Assembly (NCBI GenBank): GCA_964499635.1
Contig: CAZCLY010000005.1
Location: forward strand, 14,106-78,105
From: an uncultured Gemmatimonadota bacterium
GTDB taxonomy: Bacteria; Gemmatimonadota; Gemmatimonadetes; Palauibacterales; Palauibacteraceae
Reading direction: 5' to 3'
Length of the DNA stretch: 64,000 nt
Shown: in pieces, positions 27,832-36,099 of the stretch
How positions within the stretch are numbered: the first letter of the stretch is position 1
How the letters are laid out: the number at the start of each line of letters is the position of its first letter
Notes under the pieces: generated by a model
What the model was told of the DNA's origin: nothing
The model's input: the letters and a program-made list of their open reading frames with translations, nothing else
Databases searched by the model: none
Made by a program: the position numbers and the translations under genes

Positions 27832-29466
27832 TCACGGGTCCGACTCCACGAGCTGGAACATGCGGCCCTCGAACCCCCCGAGCCCGTCGACGGGTACAAA
27901 CGGCCGGATGTGGCCGCCCCCGTCGACGATGAGCGGCTCGCCGGACGGACCGCCGTCGAGGCTCCGGAGCGCGTACCGGCCGGCCGGGAGCGCCCCGCCG
28001 GCCGAAGAGACCATCGCGCCCGCGACCCGCTCCGCGCCGAGGTTCGCGATCACGAGCACGCCGCCTCCCGCGATCCGCCGCAGGTAGGCGGCCACCCGGT
28101 CGGTGCCCGCGGACAGCGGCACGAGCTCGCCGACGGCCAGCGCCTCGTTGTCGGCCCGGAGGTGGATGAGGCGTCGGTACAGCGCGAGGAGCGAGCCGGG
28201 GTCGCCCTCCTCGGCCTCCACGTCGGCGGTCAGCGAGTCGGGCTGGAGCGGCTCCCAGGCCACACCGCCGGTGAACCCGACCCCCGGACCGCGCGTCCAC
28301 TGCATGGGGGTCCGGATCCGCGGGTCCGGCTTGTCGCCCGTCATCCCGATCTCCTCCCCGTAGTAGACGAACGGCAGACCGGGCAGCGTGAGGAGAAGCA
28401 CCGCCGCGAGCTTGGCCTTCACCACGTCCCCGCCCAGGAAGGTCATCGTGCGGGTCTGGTCGTGGTTGCGCAGGAACGGGGACCAGCGGTCCCATGGCAG
28501 CTCGCGCTGGAGCCTGAGGATCGGGGGGAACAACCCCTCCGCCGAGCCGCTCCGGACCGCCTCGAGGATCGCGTCGGAGACCTCGAACGCGAAGTGGGCG
28601 TCGAGCTGGTCGGGATAGTAGGAGAGCATGGCGCCCGTCGAGTCCCACACCTCTCCGATCGTGAACGCGTCCGGCGACACACGGCGGATGTGCGCTTCGA
28701 GCTCCCGCAGTACGTCGTGCGTGCCCGGCGCGTGCTGCACGATCCCATCCTCCTCGATGAGGAAGGGGATCGCGTCGAGACGGAACCCGTCCACGCCCAT
28801 CTCGTCCAGCCAGAAGCTCGCGATCCGCTTCGCCTCCTCCCGGACGGCGGGGGTGTGGTAGTTCAGGTCGGGCATCCCGCTCCAGAACAGCCCGTAGTAG
28901 TACTCATCGCGGACTTCGGACCGGTGCCAGACCCGGCTCCCCCACGGGCTCTCGTCCTGGCGGTCCACGGGCGAGAAGACGAACCAGTCGCGGTAGGGCG
29001 AGTCGGGGTGGAGGAGCGCGTCCTGGAAGTACGGGTGCTCGCTCGACACGTGGTTCAGGACCAGATCGACGAGGACGCGGATGCCGCGCCGGTGCGCCTC
29101 GAACACGAGGAGCTTGAAGTCGTCGTTCGTGCCGTAGTCGCGCTCGACGTGGTAGTAGTCGGTCACGTCGTAGCCGTGGTAGCTGGGCGACTGCGCGACC
29201 GGCATGAGCCAGATGCAGCGCGCTCCCAGATCGTCCTCCGTCGCCGGATCCCCGTCGTTCACGTAGTCGAGCTTCTCGATGAGCCCGCGCAGGTCACCGA
29301 TCCCATCGCCGTCGGAGTCGCGGAAGGAGCGGACGAAGATCTCGTAGCACACCGCGCCGGACTTCCAGCCGGACCCGGCGGGGGTCGTCTCCTGCGCAGC
29401 GCCCGGGCCGGGCGGCAGGAAGAGGACCGCGAGGAGCGCGAACGGGTGTCGGCGCGGCATGGGCAT
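27832..29466 (-). CDS. Alpha-amylase family (GH13) enzyme, secreted
   Basis: The start is at MPMPRRHPFALLAVLFLPPGPGAAQ (signal). GH13 regions are present: FRDSDGDGIGDLRGLIEKLDY, GIRVLVDLVLNHVSSEHPYF, GVDGFRLDAI (catalytic Asp region) and FVYYGEEIGM. Confidence 0.8.
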   Translation of the reverse strand: MPMPRRHPFALLAVLFLPPGPGAAQETTPAGSGWKSGAVCYEIFVRSFRDSDGDGIGDLRGLIEKLDYVNDGDPATEDDLGARCIWLMPVAQSPSYHGYDVTDYYHVERDYGTNDDFKLLVFEAHRRGIRVLVDLVLNHVSSEHPYFQDALLHPDSPYRDWFVFSPVDRQDESPWGSRVWHRSEVRDEYYYGLFWSGMPDLNYHTPAVREEAKRIASFWLDEMGVDGFRLDAIPFLIEEDGIVQHAPGTHDVLRELEAHIRRVSPDAFTIGEVWDSTGAMLSYYPDQLDAHFAFEVSDAILEAVRSGSAEGLFPPILRLQRELPWDRWSPFLRNHDQTRTMTFLGGDVVKAKLAAVLLLTLPGLPFVYYGEEIGMTGDKPDPRIRTPMQWTRGPGVGFTGGVAWEPLQPDSLTADVEAEEGDPGSLLALYRRLIHLRADNEALAVGELVPLSAGTDRVAAYLRRIAGGGVLVIANLGAERVAGAMVSSAGGALPAGRYALRSLDGGPSGEPLIVDGGGHIRPFVPVDGLGGFEGRMFQLVESDP

Positions 29467-29740
29467 CCGGTTCGGAACCGCCTGAGCATCGATGAACGGG
29501 CGCCGGAACGGGGCGGCCCGCTTCCGGACTCGAAACGTAGGTGGCCCGCACCGGCCGGAGAAGGCCGCCGCGCCCACCGGCCGCGCCCGCCCCCCGCGTC
29601 CGCCGGTCCCTCGGGCCGGGCCGCGGCACCCGGTCGCGGGGGTCCGTGGTCCCGGGTTCACGTGTCGCGTCCGGCGGACACCCACCCGTAGATTGACGCG
29701 TTCGCCACGGCTCCGGAGATCCGGCTCGGGAGGTCCGCCG

Positions 29741-32317
29741 GTGCGGCGCTCGCTCGTTCTCATCGTGCCGTTCGCCCTCTCCGCGTGCGGGGAGCCGCGG
29801 CCCCCATCGCAGCCACCCGTGCTCGAGTTCCCCGAGCCCGGGGTGGACGATCCCGCCGCGTACGAGGGCTACGCGACGCGATTGTTCCGCGACTCCCGCG
29901 ACAACGCCTTCCAGGTGTACCTCGACCAGCGCGCGGGGCGCGTGGTGGATGTGTGGGCCGACGCCGCGAACGAGAGTGCGGCGTTCACCGTGCGGGATCC
30001 GGAGGGGGAGCCGCTCGCGCCGGCGTGGGGCGGGCCGGGCGCGCGGGTCGATTCGAGCGGCGGGATGCGCAGCGTCGGGTATCGGCTCGCGGTGGATGCC
30101 CCGGCGCTCGAGCTCGGCCACTTCCTGCTCGGGACGATGCGCCAGGAACGCGACTTCCAGTACGCGGAGCGGCACCTGAGGCCGCTCTCCGATCCCCCGT
30201 TCGTCCTCCCCGAGCTCACCGGGCTGGTCGCGAGTCTCGAGCGGCTTCCGGAGGGGGAGCGCGGGCGCCATCTGGCCCTCCTGGGGGCGCGCGACGTGGA
30301 GGAGCTGCGCGGGCGCCTGGAGCCGCGCGTCTCGCTCTCGGCCGACGAAGCGACGTGGACGCTCCTCGTCGAGCATACGAGCCTCGACGCGAAGCACCAC
30401 ATGAGCCTCGCACTCGCCGGCGACGCGGGGACGTCCATGGCCACCCTCGAGGGCGGCCGCGCGGTCGTTCGCGCGCGCGCCGACGGGCCGATCGAGCTCG
30501 ACGTGACCGTGAGCACGGACGCGGATCCGCTCACGGCCCTCGGGCGCGAGCGTCTGTTCAACCCGGAGTTCGAGGCCTTCTACGCCGCGCGGGCGCGCGC
30601 GGCGGACAGCCTGCGCCGGACCCTGTCCGCGGAAGAGGCGGCGCGGGATCCGCGGATGACCGCCTTCCGGCGCCTCGAGCGTCAGACGCTCGCGCTCGAG
30701 CTGCTGAGCTCGGGCGAGAAGCTCATGGCCTCGCTCCCCAACTACGCCACCTACTTCGGGCGCGACCAGATGATGTCGGCGCTCATGCTCGAGCCGATCT
30801 CTTCCATCGACCTGCAGGAGCTCGTGATCGCGAGCGTGCTGCGCAAGGTGGATCCGGCGGGGAACGTGAGCCACGAGGAGGCGCTCGGGGGCCAGGCGAT
30901 CCGCGAGAACGCGGCCGCGTATACGGCGCTCGTGCGGGCGTGGGAGGAGGACCGCGAGCGGGATCCGGACACGGGGGAGGAAGATCTCGCCCGAGCGCGC
31001 GATCGCCTCTCCGGCCTCGACGCGGTGCGCGAGAACTACCGCATGGTGGACGACGACCTGCAGCTTTCGGTGCTCGTGGCGCGCTATCTGGGGCGCCCCG
31101 ACGTCCCGGCCGAGCGGAAGCGGCGGTTCCTCCAGCGTCCGGCGGACGAGGGCGCCACAGCGGAGGAGGACGCGAAGGCGTCGGGCGGCGGCTCGGGCCC
31201 CACACGGCGGGACGCGCTCGTCCGCAACCTCGGGCTGGTGGCCGAGCTCACCCGAGCCTACGCCCGGCGGCCCGCGCCCACCGACCTCGTGAGCTTCTAC
31301 CACCGGGACGACCGGGGGTGGCTTCCCGGAAGCTGGCGCGACAGCCGCGCCGGGTACGGAAACGGCCGCTTCGCGATGGACGTGAACGCGGTGTGGGCGC
31401 CGGCGGCGCTCGCCGGGCTCGAACGGATCGTCGCGGCGCTCGACACGCTCGGGCTTCCCGCGCGGGAGGCTTCGGCCGCGCGCGAGGGGAGCGCCGCAGC
31501 CCTCCTCGGCTACCTGGACGAGCCCGAGGCGCTCCGGCACGCGATCGAGACGTGGCGCGCGGCGCGCCGGCACTTCGAGGTCCGGCTCGAGCCGGCCGAG
31601 ATCCGCCGGCGCGTGGACGCGAAGCTCGCCGAGCTGCCTGCGGAGGAGGGCGACTACTGGCGGAAGCGGCTCGCCCGCGTGCGCGGCTCGCGCTCGGCCG
31701 CCGGGGGCGTTCCGGCCGCCCGCCCGCTCGTCTTCCTGGCGCTGTCGCTGGACGAGGAGGGCCGGCCGATCGCGGCTCCCAACACCGACCCGGCCACAGC
31801 GCTCTTTCTGGGCGACGACACGGCCGGGATCCTCGCCGGCGTGCAGGATCCGTCGTCCACGCTCGACATGCTCGATGTGATCGGCCGGCCGTACCCCGTC
31901 GGTCTGTTCATCGACGGTCTCGGGCCCGTCGTCGTGAACGACGCCTACGCGAGCGCCGATGTGCGGCAGCGGTTCGCCGAGGACGCGTACCATTCGCCGC
32001 GCGTGGTGTGGGGGCGCGAAGTGAACCTCCTCCTGCTCGGGCTCGCCCGACAGATCGGGGCCGCGTACGACAGCGCCGGCCGGCCGCGGAGCGGGCGCGA
32101 GGACGTGCGCGACTACGTGGACGGGCTCCGCGACCTGCTCGACCGCACGCGGGCCGCCGTCGAGGCGTCGGGACTCGGGCACAACGAGCTGTGGAGCTAT
32201 CGGATCGAGGGGGACACGCTCCGCCCGGTCCGCTACGGCCAGAGCTCGGACATCCAGCTGTGGAACGTCACGGACCTGGCCGTGGAGTTCCTGCTCGACC
32301 GGTTGCCGCCACGTTGA
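29741..32317 (+). CDS. Large lipoprotein, putative (alpha/alpha)6 six-hairpin glycosidase-like (GDE_C/GH63-like), function unknown
   Basis: A GTG at 29741 is preceded by GGGAGG, with a lipobox (FALSAC). The NYATYFGRDQMMSAL motif resembles the FGRD motif of amylo-alpha-1,6-glucosidase/six-hairpin glycosidases, with an ~858 aa product. Confidence 0.45.
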   Translation: MRRSLVLIVPFALSACGEPRPPSQPPVLEFPEPGVDDPAAYEGYATRLFRDSRDNAFQVYLDQRAGRVVDVWADAANESAAFTVRDPEGEPLAPAWGGPGARVDSSGGMRSVGYRLAVDAPALELGHFLLGTMRQERDFQYAERHLRPLSDPPFVLPELTGLVASLERLPEGERGRHLALLGARDVEELRGRLEPRVSLSADEATWTLLVEHTSLDAKHHMSLALAGDAGTSMATLEGGRAVVRARADGPIELDVTVSTDADPLTALGRERLFNPEFEAFYAARARAADSLRRTLSAEEAARDPRMTAFRRLERQTLALELLSSGEKLMASLPNYATYFGRDQMMSALMLEPISSIDLQELVIASVLRKVDPAGNVSHEEALGGQAIRENAAAYTALVRAWEEDRERDPDTGEEDLARARDRLSGLDAVRENYRMVDDDLQLSVLVARYLGRPDVPAERKRRFLQRPADEGATAEEDAKASGGGSGPTRRDALVRNLGLVAELTRAYARRPAPTDLVSFYHRDDRGWLPGSWRDSRAGYGNGRFAMDVNAVWAPAALAGLERIVAALDTLGLPAREASAAREGSAAALLGYLDEPEALRHAIETWRAARRHFEVRLEPAEIRRRVDAKLAELPAEEGDYWRKRLARVRGSRSAAGGVPAARPLVFLALSLDEEGRPIAAPNTDPATALFLGDDTAGILAGVQDPSSTLDMLDVIGRPYPVGLFIDGLGPVVVNDAYASADVRQRFAEDAYHSPRVVWGREVNLLLLGLARQIGAAYDSAGRPRSGREDVRDYVDGLRDLLDRTRAAVEASGLGHNELWSYRIEGDTLRPVRYGQSSDIQLWNVTDLAVEFLLDRLPPR

Positions 32318-32372
32318 CGACCTCACCGCCTCGATGACCCGCCCGTCGCCGGGCTGACAAGGAGACCTGCGC

Positions 32373-34034
32373 ATGCCCCAGTTCACGCTCGCGGCCCCCG
32401 ACGTGCTCATGGTCCTCGTGTACGTCGTGTTCATCGTGTGGCTCGGGTTCCACTTCTCGAAGCGGACCGAGACGACGGACGACTATTTCCTCGCCGGGCG
32501 GTCGCTGACCTGGTGGCTGATCGGGTTCTCGCTGTTCGCCTCCAACGTCTCCTCCAGCACGCTGGTGGGACTCTCCTCGTCCGCGTTCAGCTCGGGGATC
32601 TCCGTCTACAACTACGAGTGGATGGCGGCGCTGGTCCTGATCGTGTTCCTGGTGTTCTTCCTGCCGTTCTATCTGAAGACGCGGGTGTTCACGCTGCCGG
32701 AGTTCCTGGAGAAGCGCTTCGATCAGCGCTCCCGCTACTACTTCTCGGCGCTGCTCGTGTTCATGAACATCGTGATCGACACGGCCGCCGCCCTGTATGC
32801 CGGGTCGCTGGTCGTCCAGATCATCTATCCGGGCGTGCCTGTGTGGGTCTCGGTGGTAGTGCTCGGCTTCCTTGCCGGGATGTACACGATCGCCGGGGGC
32901 CTCAAGGCCGTCGTGTACACGGACGCGGTGCAGGCCGTGCTGCTGCTCCTCGGCGCGCTGCTGGTGGCCATCTTCTCCTTCGAGGCGATCGGCGGCTCAT
33001 GGGCGGCCGTGACCGCGGCGATCCCGGCCGAGGACCTGTCGATCATCCGACCGGCATCGGACCCCGTGCTCCCGTGGCCGGGTCTGGTCACGGGCGTCTT
33101 CCTGCTCGGGTTCTACTTCTGGGGCACGAACCAGTTCATGGTGCAGCGCACGCTCGGGGCGCGGGACCTGAACAACGGACGCTGGGGCGCGCTGTTCGCC
33201 GGGTTCCTCAAACTGCCGATCATCTTCATCATGGTCCTGCCGGGGATCTTCGGGCGGCTGCTCTACCCGGCCGCCCAATACCCGGCGCTCGCCCAGAACC
33301 CGGACCTCATCTTTCCGACGCTCATGTTCGACCTTCTGCCGGTCGGGATCCGCGGACTCATCATCACGGCGCTGGTGGCGGCGATCATGTCGAGCGTCGA
33401 CTCGACGCTCAACTCGGCCTCCACCCTGGTCACGATGGACTTCATCAAGAAGCTGAGGCCCGATGCGCCCAACCACCGCCTGGTGATCGCCGGTCGGATC
33501 GTGACGTTCGTGTTCATGTCGCTCGCCATCCTGTGGGCGCCGCTGATCGTGCGGTTCCCGAACATCTGGACGTACCTCCAGCAGATGCTCGCGTATCTGG
33601 CTCCCCCCATCGTCGCGTGCTTCTTCGCCGGCGTGTTCTGGAAGCGTGCGAACGGGAACGGCGCCTTGGCCGCGCTCGTCGTCGGGCATCTCGCGGCCGC
33701 CATGATCTTCGGTCTCGCCCTCGCGAAGCTGATCATCGTGCAGACGGGGCCGCTGACCCCCGAGCTGGCGGAGCTGGCCGCGGGCGGCACGCCCGTCATC
33801 CACTTCCTGTACCTGGCGCCGATCCTACTGGTGATCTCGCTGGGGGCGCTCGCGGTCGCGAGCCTCGCCACCGCGAAGCCGGACGAGGAAGTCGTGCGTG
33901 CGCTCACGTGGTCGCCGGCCCTGCTGGCCGAAGAGACCCCCGAGCTCCGACGGCTTCCCTGGTACAAGAACTATCGCTACCAGTCGGTGGCATTGCTGGT
34001 GCTCATCGCGGTGATCGTCGTGGCGTGGTGGTGA
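32373..34034 (+). CDS. Sodium:solute symporter family transporter (paralog of 18415..20028)
   Basis: The SSF signature (DYFLAGRSLTWWLIGFSLFASNVSSSTLVGLS) is present, and multi-TM topology is predicted. Confidence 0.8.
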   Translation: MPQFTLAAPDVLMVLVYVVFIVWLGFHFSKRTETTDDYFLAGRSLTWWLIGFSLFASNVSSSTLVGLSSSAFSSGISVYNYEWMAALVLIVFLVFFLPFYLKTRVFTLPEFLEKRFDQRSRYYFSALLVFMNIVIDTAAALYAGSLVVQIIYPGVPVWVSVVVLGFLAGMYTIAGGLKAVVYTDAVQAVLLLLGALLVAIFSFEAIGGSWAAVTAAIPAEDLSIIRPASDPVLPWPGLVTGVFLLGFYFWGTNQFMVQRTLGARDLNNGRWGALFAGFLKLPIIFIMVLPGIFGRLLYPAAQYPALAQNPDLIFPTLMFDLLPVGIRGLIITALVAAIMSSVDSTLNSASTLVTMDFIKKLRPDAPNHRLVIAGRIVTFVFMSLAILWAPLIVRFPNIWTYLQQMLAYLAPPIVACFFAGVFWKRANGNGALAALVVGHLAAAMIFGLALAKLIIVQTGPLTPELAELAAGGTPVIHFLYLAPILLVISLGALAVASLATAKPDEEVVRALTWSPALLAEETPELRRLPWYKNYRYQSVALLVLIAVIVVAWW

Positions 34035-34436
34035 GTGGACGTGCCGGGCCAGGCTCGCCCCCGGGCACGTAGCGGTCGTGGCCGGAGGCTTCTCGACGAG
34101 TCCTCACCGGCCAGCGATTGCGTGCGTCAAGATGCGTTTGTTCGTCTTGCGACGCGGGACACGGTCGAGTTCTACTCGGGAGGTCTGGCGCGGTTCGTGA
34201 ATGAGCGGTTGAAGCCGATGTTCGGCAGCAGCTGGTTCGTCAGAGGTGGTGCGGTATCCGGCGAGTGCCTTCGGCTCGGATTAGCGGACGAAGTTCGCTA
34301 TTCGATCCTGCCCATCCTGATTGGTGAGGGGATCCCGTTCTTTGAGGGGCTCGAACAGGAGGTCGCTTTGCACCTGGTGGAGGTGAAGGCCCATGCCAGT
34401 GGCATGGTGGCGCTTCGCCACGAAGTGCGGAAGTAG
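34035..34436 (+). pseudogene. 3' fragment of a RibD_C/dihydrofolate-reductase-like family gene (N-terminal ~half missing)
   Basis: Only the C-terminal half of the fold is present (VRGGAVSGECLRLGLADEVRYSILPILIGEGIPFFEGLEQEVALHLVEV). It abuts the SSF stop and lies in a lower-GC patch. Confidence 0.5.
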
Positions 34437-34479
34437 GCCGAAGCAATGGAGAACGGTGCAGGCGCCGCCTAACGAAGGG

Positions 34480-35571
34480 ATGGAGCTGACGAGCGGAGTG
34501 GGTGATCGACGTCGGCAGCCGGCCGAGCGACGAAGCCCGACTCGAGTTCTCGTCACGGGTGGGTCGGGCTTCATTGGCAGCCATGCCCTCCTGCAGCTTC
34601 TCGAGGCGGGCTACGACGTCCGTACCACCGTTCGCGGTATGACTCGGAAAGCCAAGGTCCGCGCGCTGCTGAGGACGGGCGGGATCGAGCCGGATGGCCA
34701 GCTCTCGTTCGTTGCGGCGGATCTCGAGGACGACGCGGGCTGGATAGACGCCGTCGAGGGCTGTGAGTACGTGCTGCACATCGCGTCGCCTTTCCCGGCG
34801 TCGGTCCCCAAGCACGAGGATGAGTTGATCGTGCCAGCGAGGGACGGCGCCCTGCGGGTGTTGCGGGCCGCGCGAGACAGGGGTGTACGGCGCGTCGTGC
34901 TGACTTCGTCTTTCGCAGCGGTGGGATACGGCCACCGTCCACGCGACGAGCCTTTCGACGAGACGAGTTGGACGGATCTGGAGGGGCGGGCCGTGTCCCC
35001 GTACGTGAAGTCGAAGACCCTCGCGGAGCGCGCGGCCTGGGACTTCGTCAAGGGGGAGGGCGAGGGCCTGGAGCTCTCGGTCGTGAATCCGGTCGGCGTC
35101 TTCGGTCCCGTCCTCGGGCCGGACTACTCAACCTCGATTGTTCTGATTCAGCGGCTGATGGACGGGGCGCTGCCCGGTTGTCCACAGCTCTCGTTCGGCG
35201 TGGTCGATGTGCGAGACGTCGTGGACCTCCACCTCCGCGCGATGACGCATCCTGCGGCCAACGGAGAGCGGTTTCTCGCAGTCTCCGGTGCTTCGATGTC
35301 GATCCTCGAGATGGCGAAGACGCTCAGGGGGCGGCTGGGCGAGGCCGCGAAGCGCGTACCGACCCGCCAGCTTCCAAACTGGCTCGTCCGGCTGGTCGCC
35401 ATCTTCGACCCGGAGGTCCGATCGATGACGCCAGAACTCGGCCAGCGTAAACACGCAACCAACAGGAAGGCGCGTGGTCTGCTTGGCTGGGCGCCGCGGA
35501 CGCGGGAAGACGCCATCGTCGCGGCGGCGGAAAGCCTCATACGGCTGGGTCTTCTCAAGTCGAAGAGGTGA
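34480..35571 (+). CDS. NAD(P)-dependent epimerase/dehydratase-family (atypical SDR, aldehyde/flavonol-reductase-like) oxidoreductase
   Basis: The Rossmann motif VLVTGGSGFIGSH, the active-site YxxxK (SPYVKSKTLAE) and a 3' extension are present. The start choice (ATG 34480 versus internal) is uncertain. Confidence 0.7.
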   Translation: MELTSGVGDRRRQPAERRSPTRVLVTGGSGFIGSHALLQLLEAGYDVRTTVRGMTRKAKVRALLRTGGIEPDGQLSFVAADLEDDAGWIDAVEGCEYVLHIASPFPASVPKHEDELIVPARDGALRVLRAARDRGVRRVVLTSSFAAVGYGHRPRDEPFDETSWTDLEGRAVSPYVKSKTLAERAAWDFVKGEGEGLELSVVNPVGVFGPVLGPDYSTSIVLIQRLMDGALPGCPQLSFGVVDVRDVVDLHLRAMTHPAANGERFLAVSGASMSILEMAKTLRGRLGEAAKRVPTRQLPNWLVRLVAIFDPEVRSMTPELGQRKHATNRKARGLLGWAPRTREDAIVAAAESLIRLGLLKSKR

Positions 35572-35821
35572 CTCTCGCCGGAGCAAGGTCCGGTTCCTCT
35601 ATCACCTCGGCGAGGATTTCTCGGGATTCGAAGCCGCCGCAATGTGGGATGACACGAAACTAGGCCTGAAGCACCTCGCTGGCTGGGAGAGAATGGCAGT
35701 CGTCTCGGACGTCGAGTGGCTCCGGGCGGCAGTCAAGATCTTCCGGCTGGCGATCCCGGGGCACATTCGTGTGTTCCACGACCACGAGCTTGCCGAGGCG
35801 ACGCGTTGGATCACCGAGTAG
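35474..35821 (+). CDS. STAS/SEC14-like (SpoIIAA-like, DUF3478) domain protein, apparently N-terminally truncated
   Basis: Homology (RFLYHLGEDFSGFEAAAMWDDTKLGLKHLAGWERMAVVSDVEWLRAAVKIF...VFHDHELAEATRWI) begins only after the upstream gene's stop at 35571. The ORF's first ~38 aa overlap the epimerase and look non-native. Confidence 0.4.
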   Translation: MVCLAGRRGRGKTPSSRRRKASYGWVFSSRRGDSRRSKVRFLYHLGEDFSGFEAAAMWDDTKLGLKHLAGWERMAVVSDVEWLRAAVKIFRLAIPGHIRVFHDHELAEATRWITE

Positions 35822-35935
35822 GGTGTTCGCGCCATGGGATGGCGGCTGCCTGACAAGGCGCTGCAGCTGACGCCGCACCGCTCGGCGCAATCGATGTGTG
35901 GTACAGTCTGGTGGCGGCGCCTGCGCCTCCCTGCT

Positions 35936-35974
35936 ATCGGTCAGCGCGGTGCGGCGGGTCGCCCGCTGACCGAT
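35936..35974. terminator. Perfect 11-bp inverted repeat (ATCGGTCAGCG-N17-CGCTGACCGAT) in the convergent gap between the STAS fragment and the Ser/Thr kinase gene; a bidirectional terminator candidate
   Basis: It was read directly from the sequence. It lies between two converging gene ends, and there is no U-tract. Confidence 0.35.
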
Positions 35975-36099
35975 CGGGACGCCGGCCCCGTCACCTGGGG
36001 TGTCTTGATGCGCAGGCGATGAGCCCGTCCCTTGCGGACCGCCGGTCCGTGGAGCCGCGCGCCTCGCCCGATGCCACGGTCCCGCGTGTCCTCGCCGCC

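Noticed and set aside
29467-29740. ECF-sigma-like GGAAC motifs in the divergent amylase/lipoprotein promoter region
   Set aside because: Two GGAAC pentamers are present, but there is no convincing spaced -10 (CGTC-like) partner, so they cannot be distinguished from chance in GC-rich DNA.
29294-32434. 1046-aa antisense ORF, and many similar long ORFs antisense or frame-shifted to real genes (for example 55675..58818, 49712..52255, 12871..15198, 43406..45460, 45461..47512, 16721..18388, 19988..21925)
   Set aside because: Their translations are dominated by R/P/G/A/H/E/D/V with no domains, and each lies antisense to or out of frame with a gene that has clear family signatures. High-GC genomes generate such stop-free frames.
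34035-35830. Possible mobile element / genomic island with integrase
   Set aside because: The lower GC and fragments are real, but no transposase, integrase, tRNA target or inverted/direct terminal repeats could be seen, so I report it only as a decayed HGT patch.
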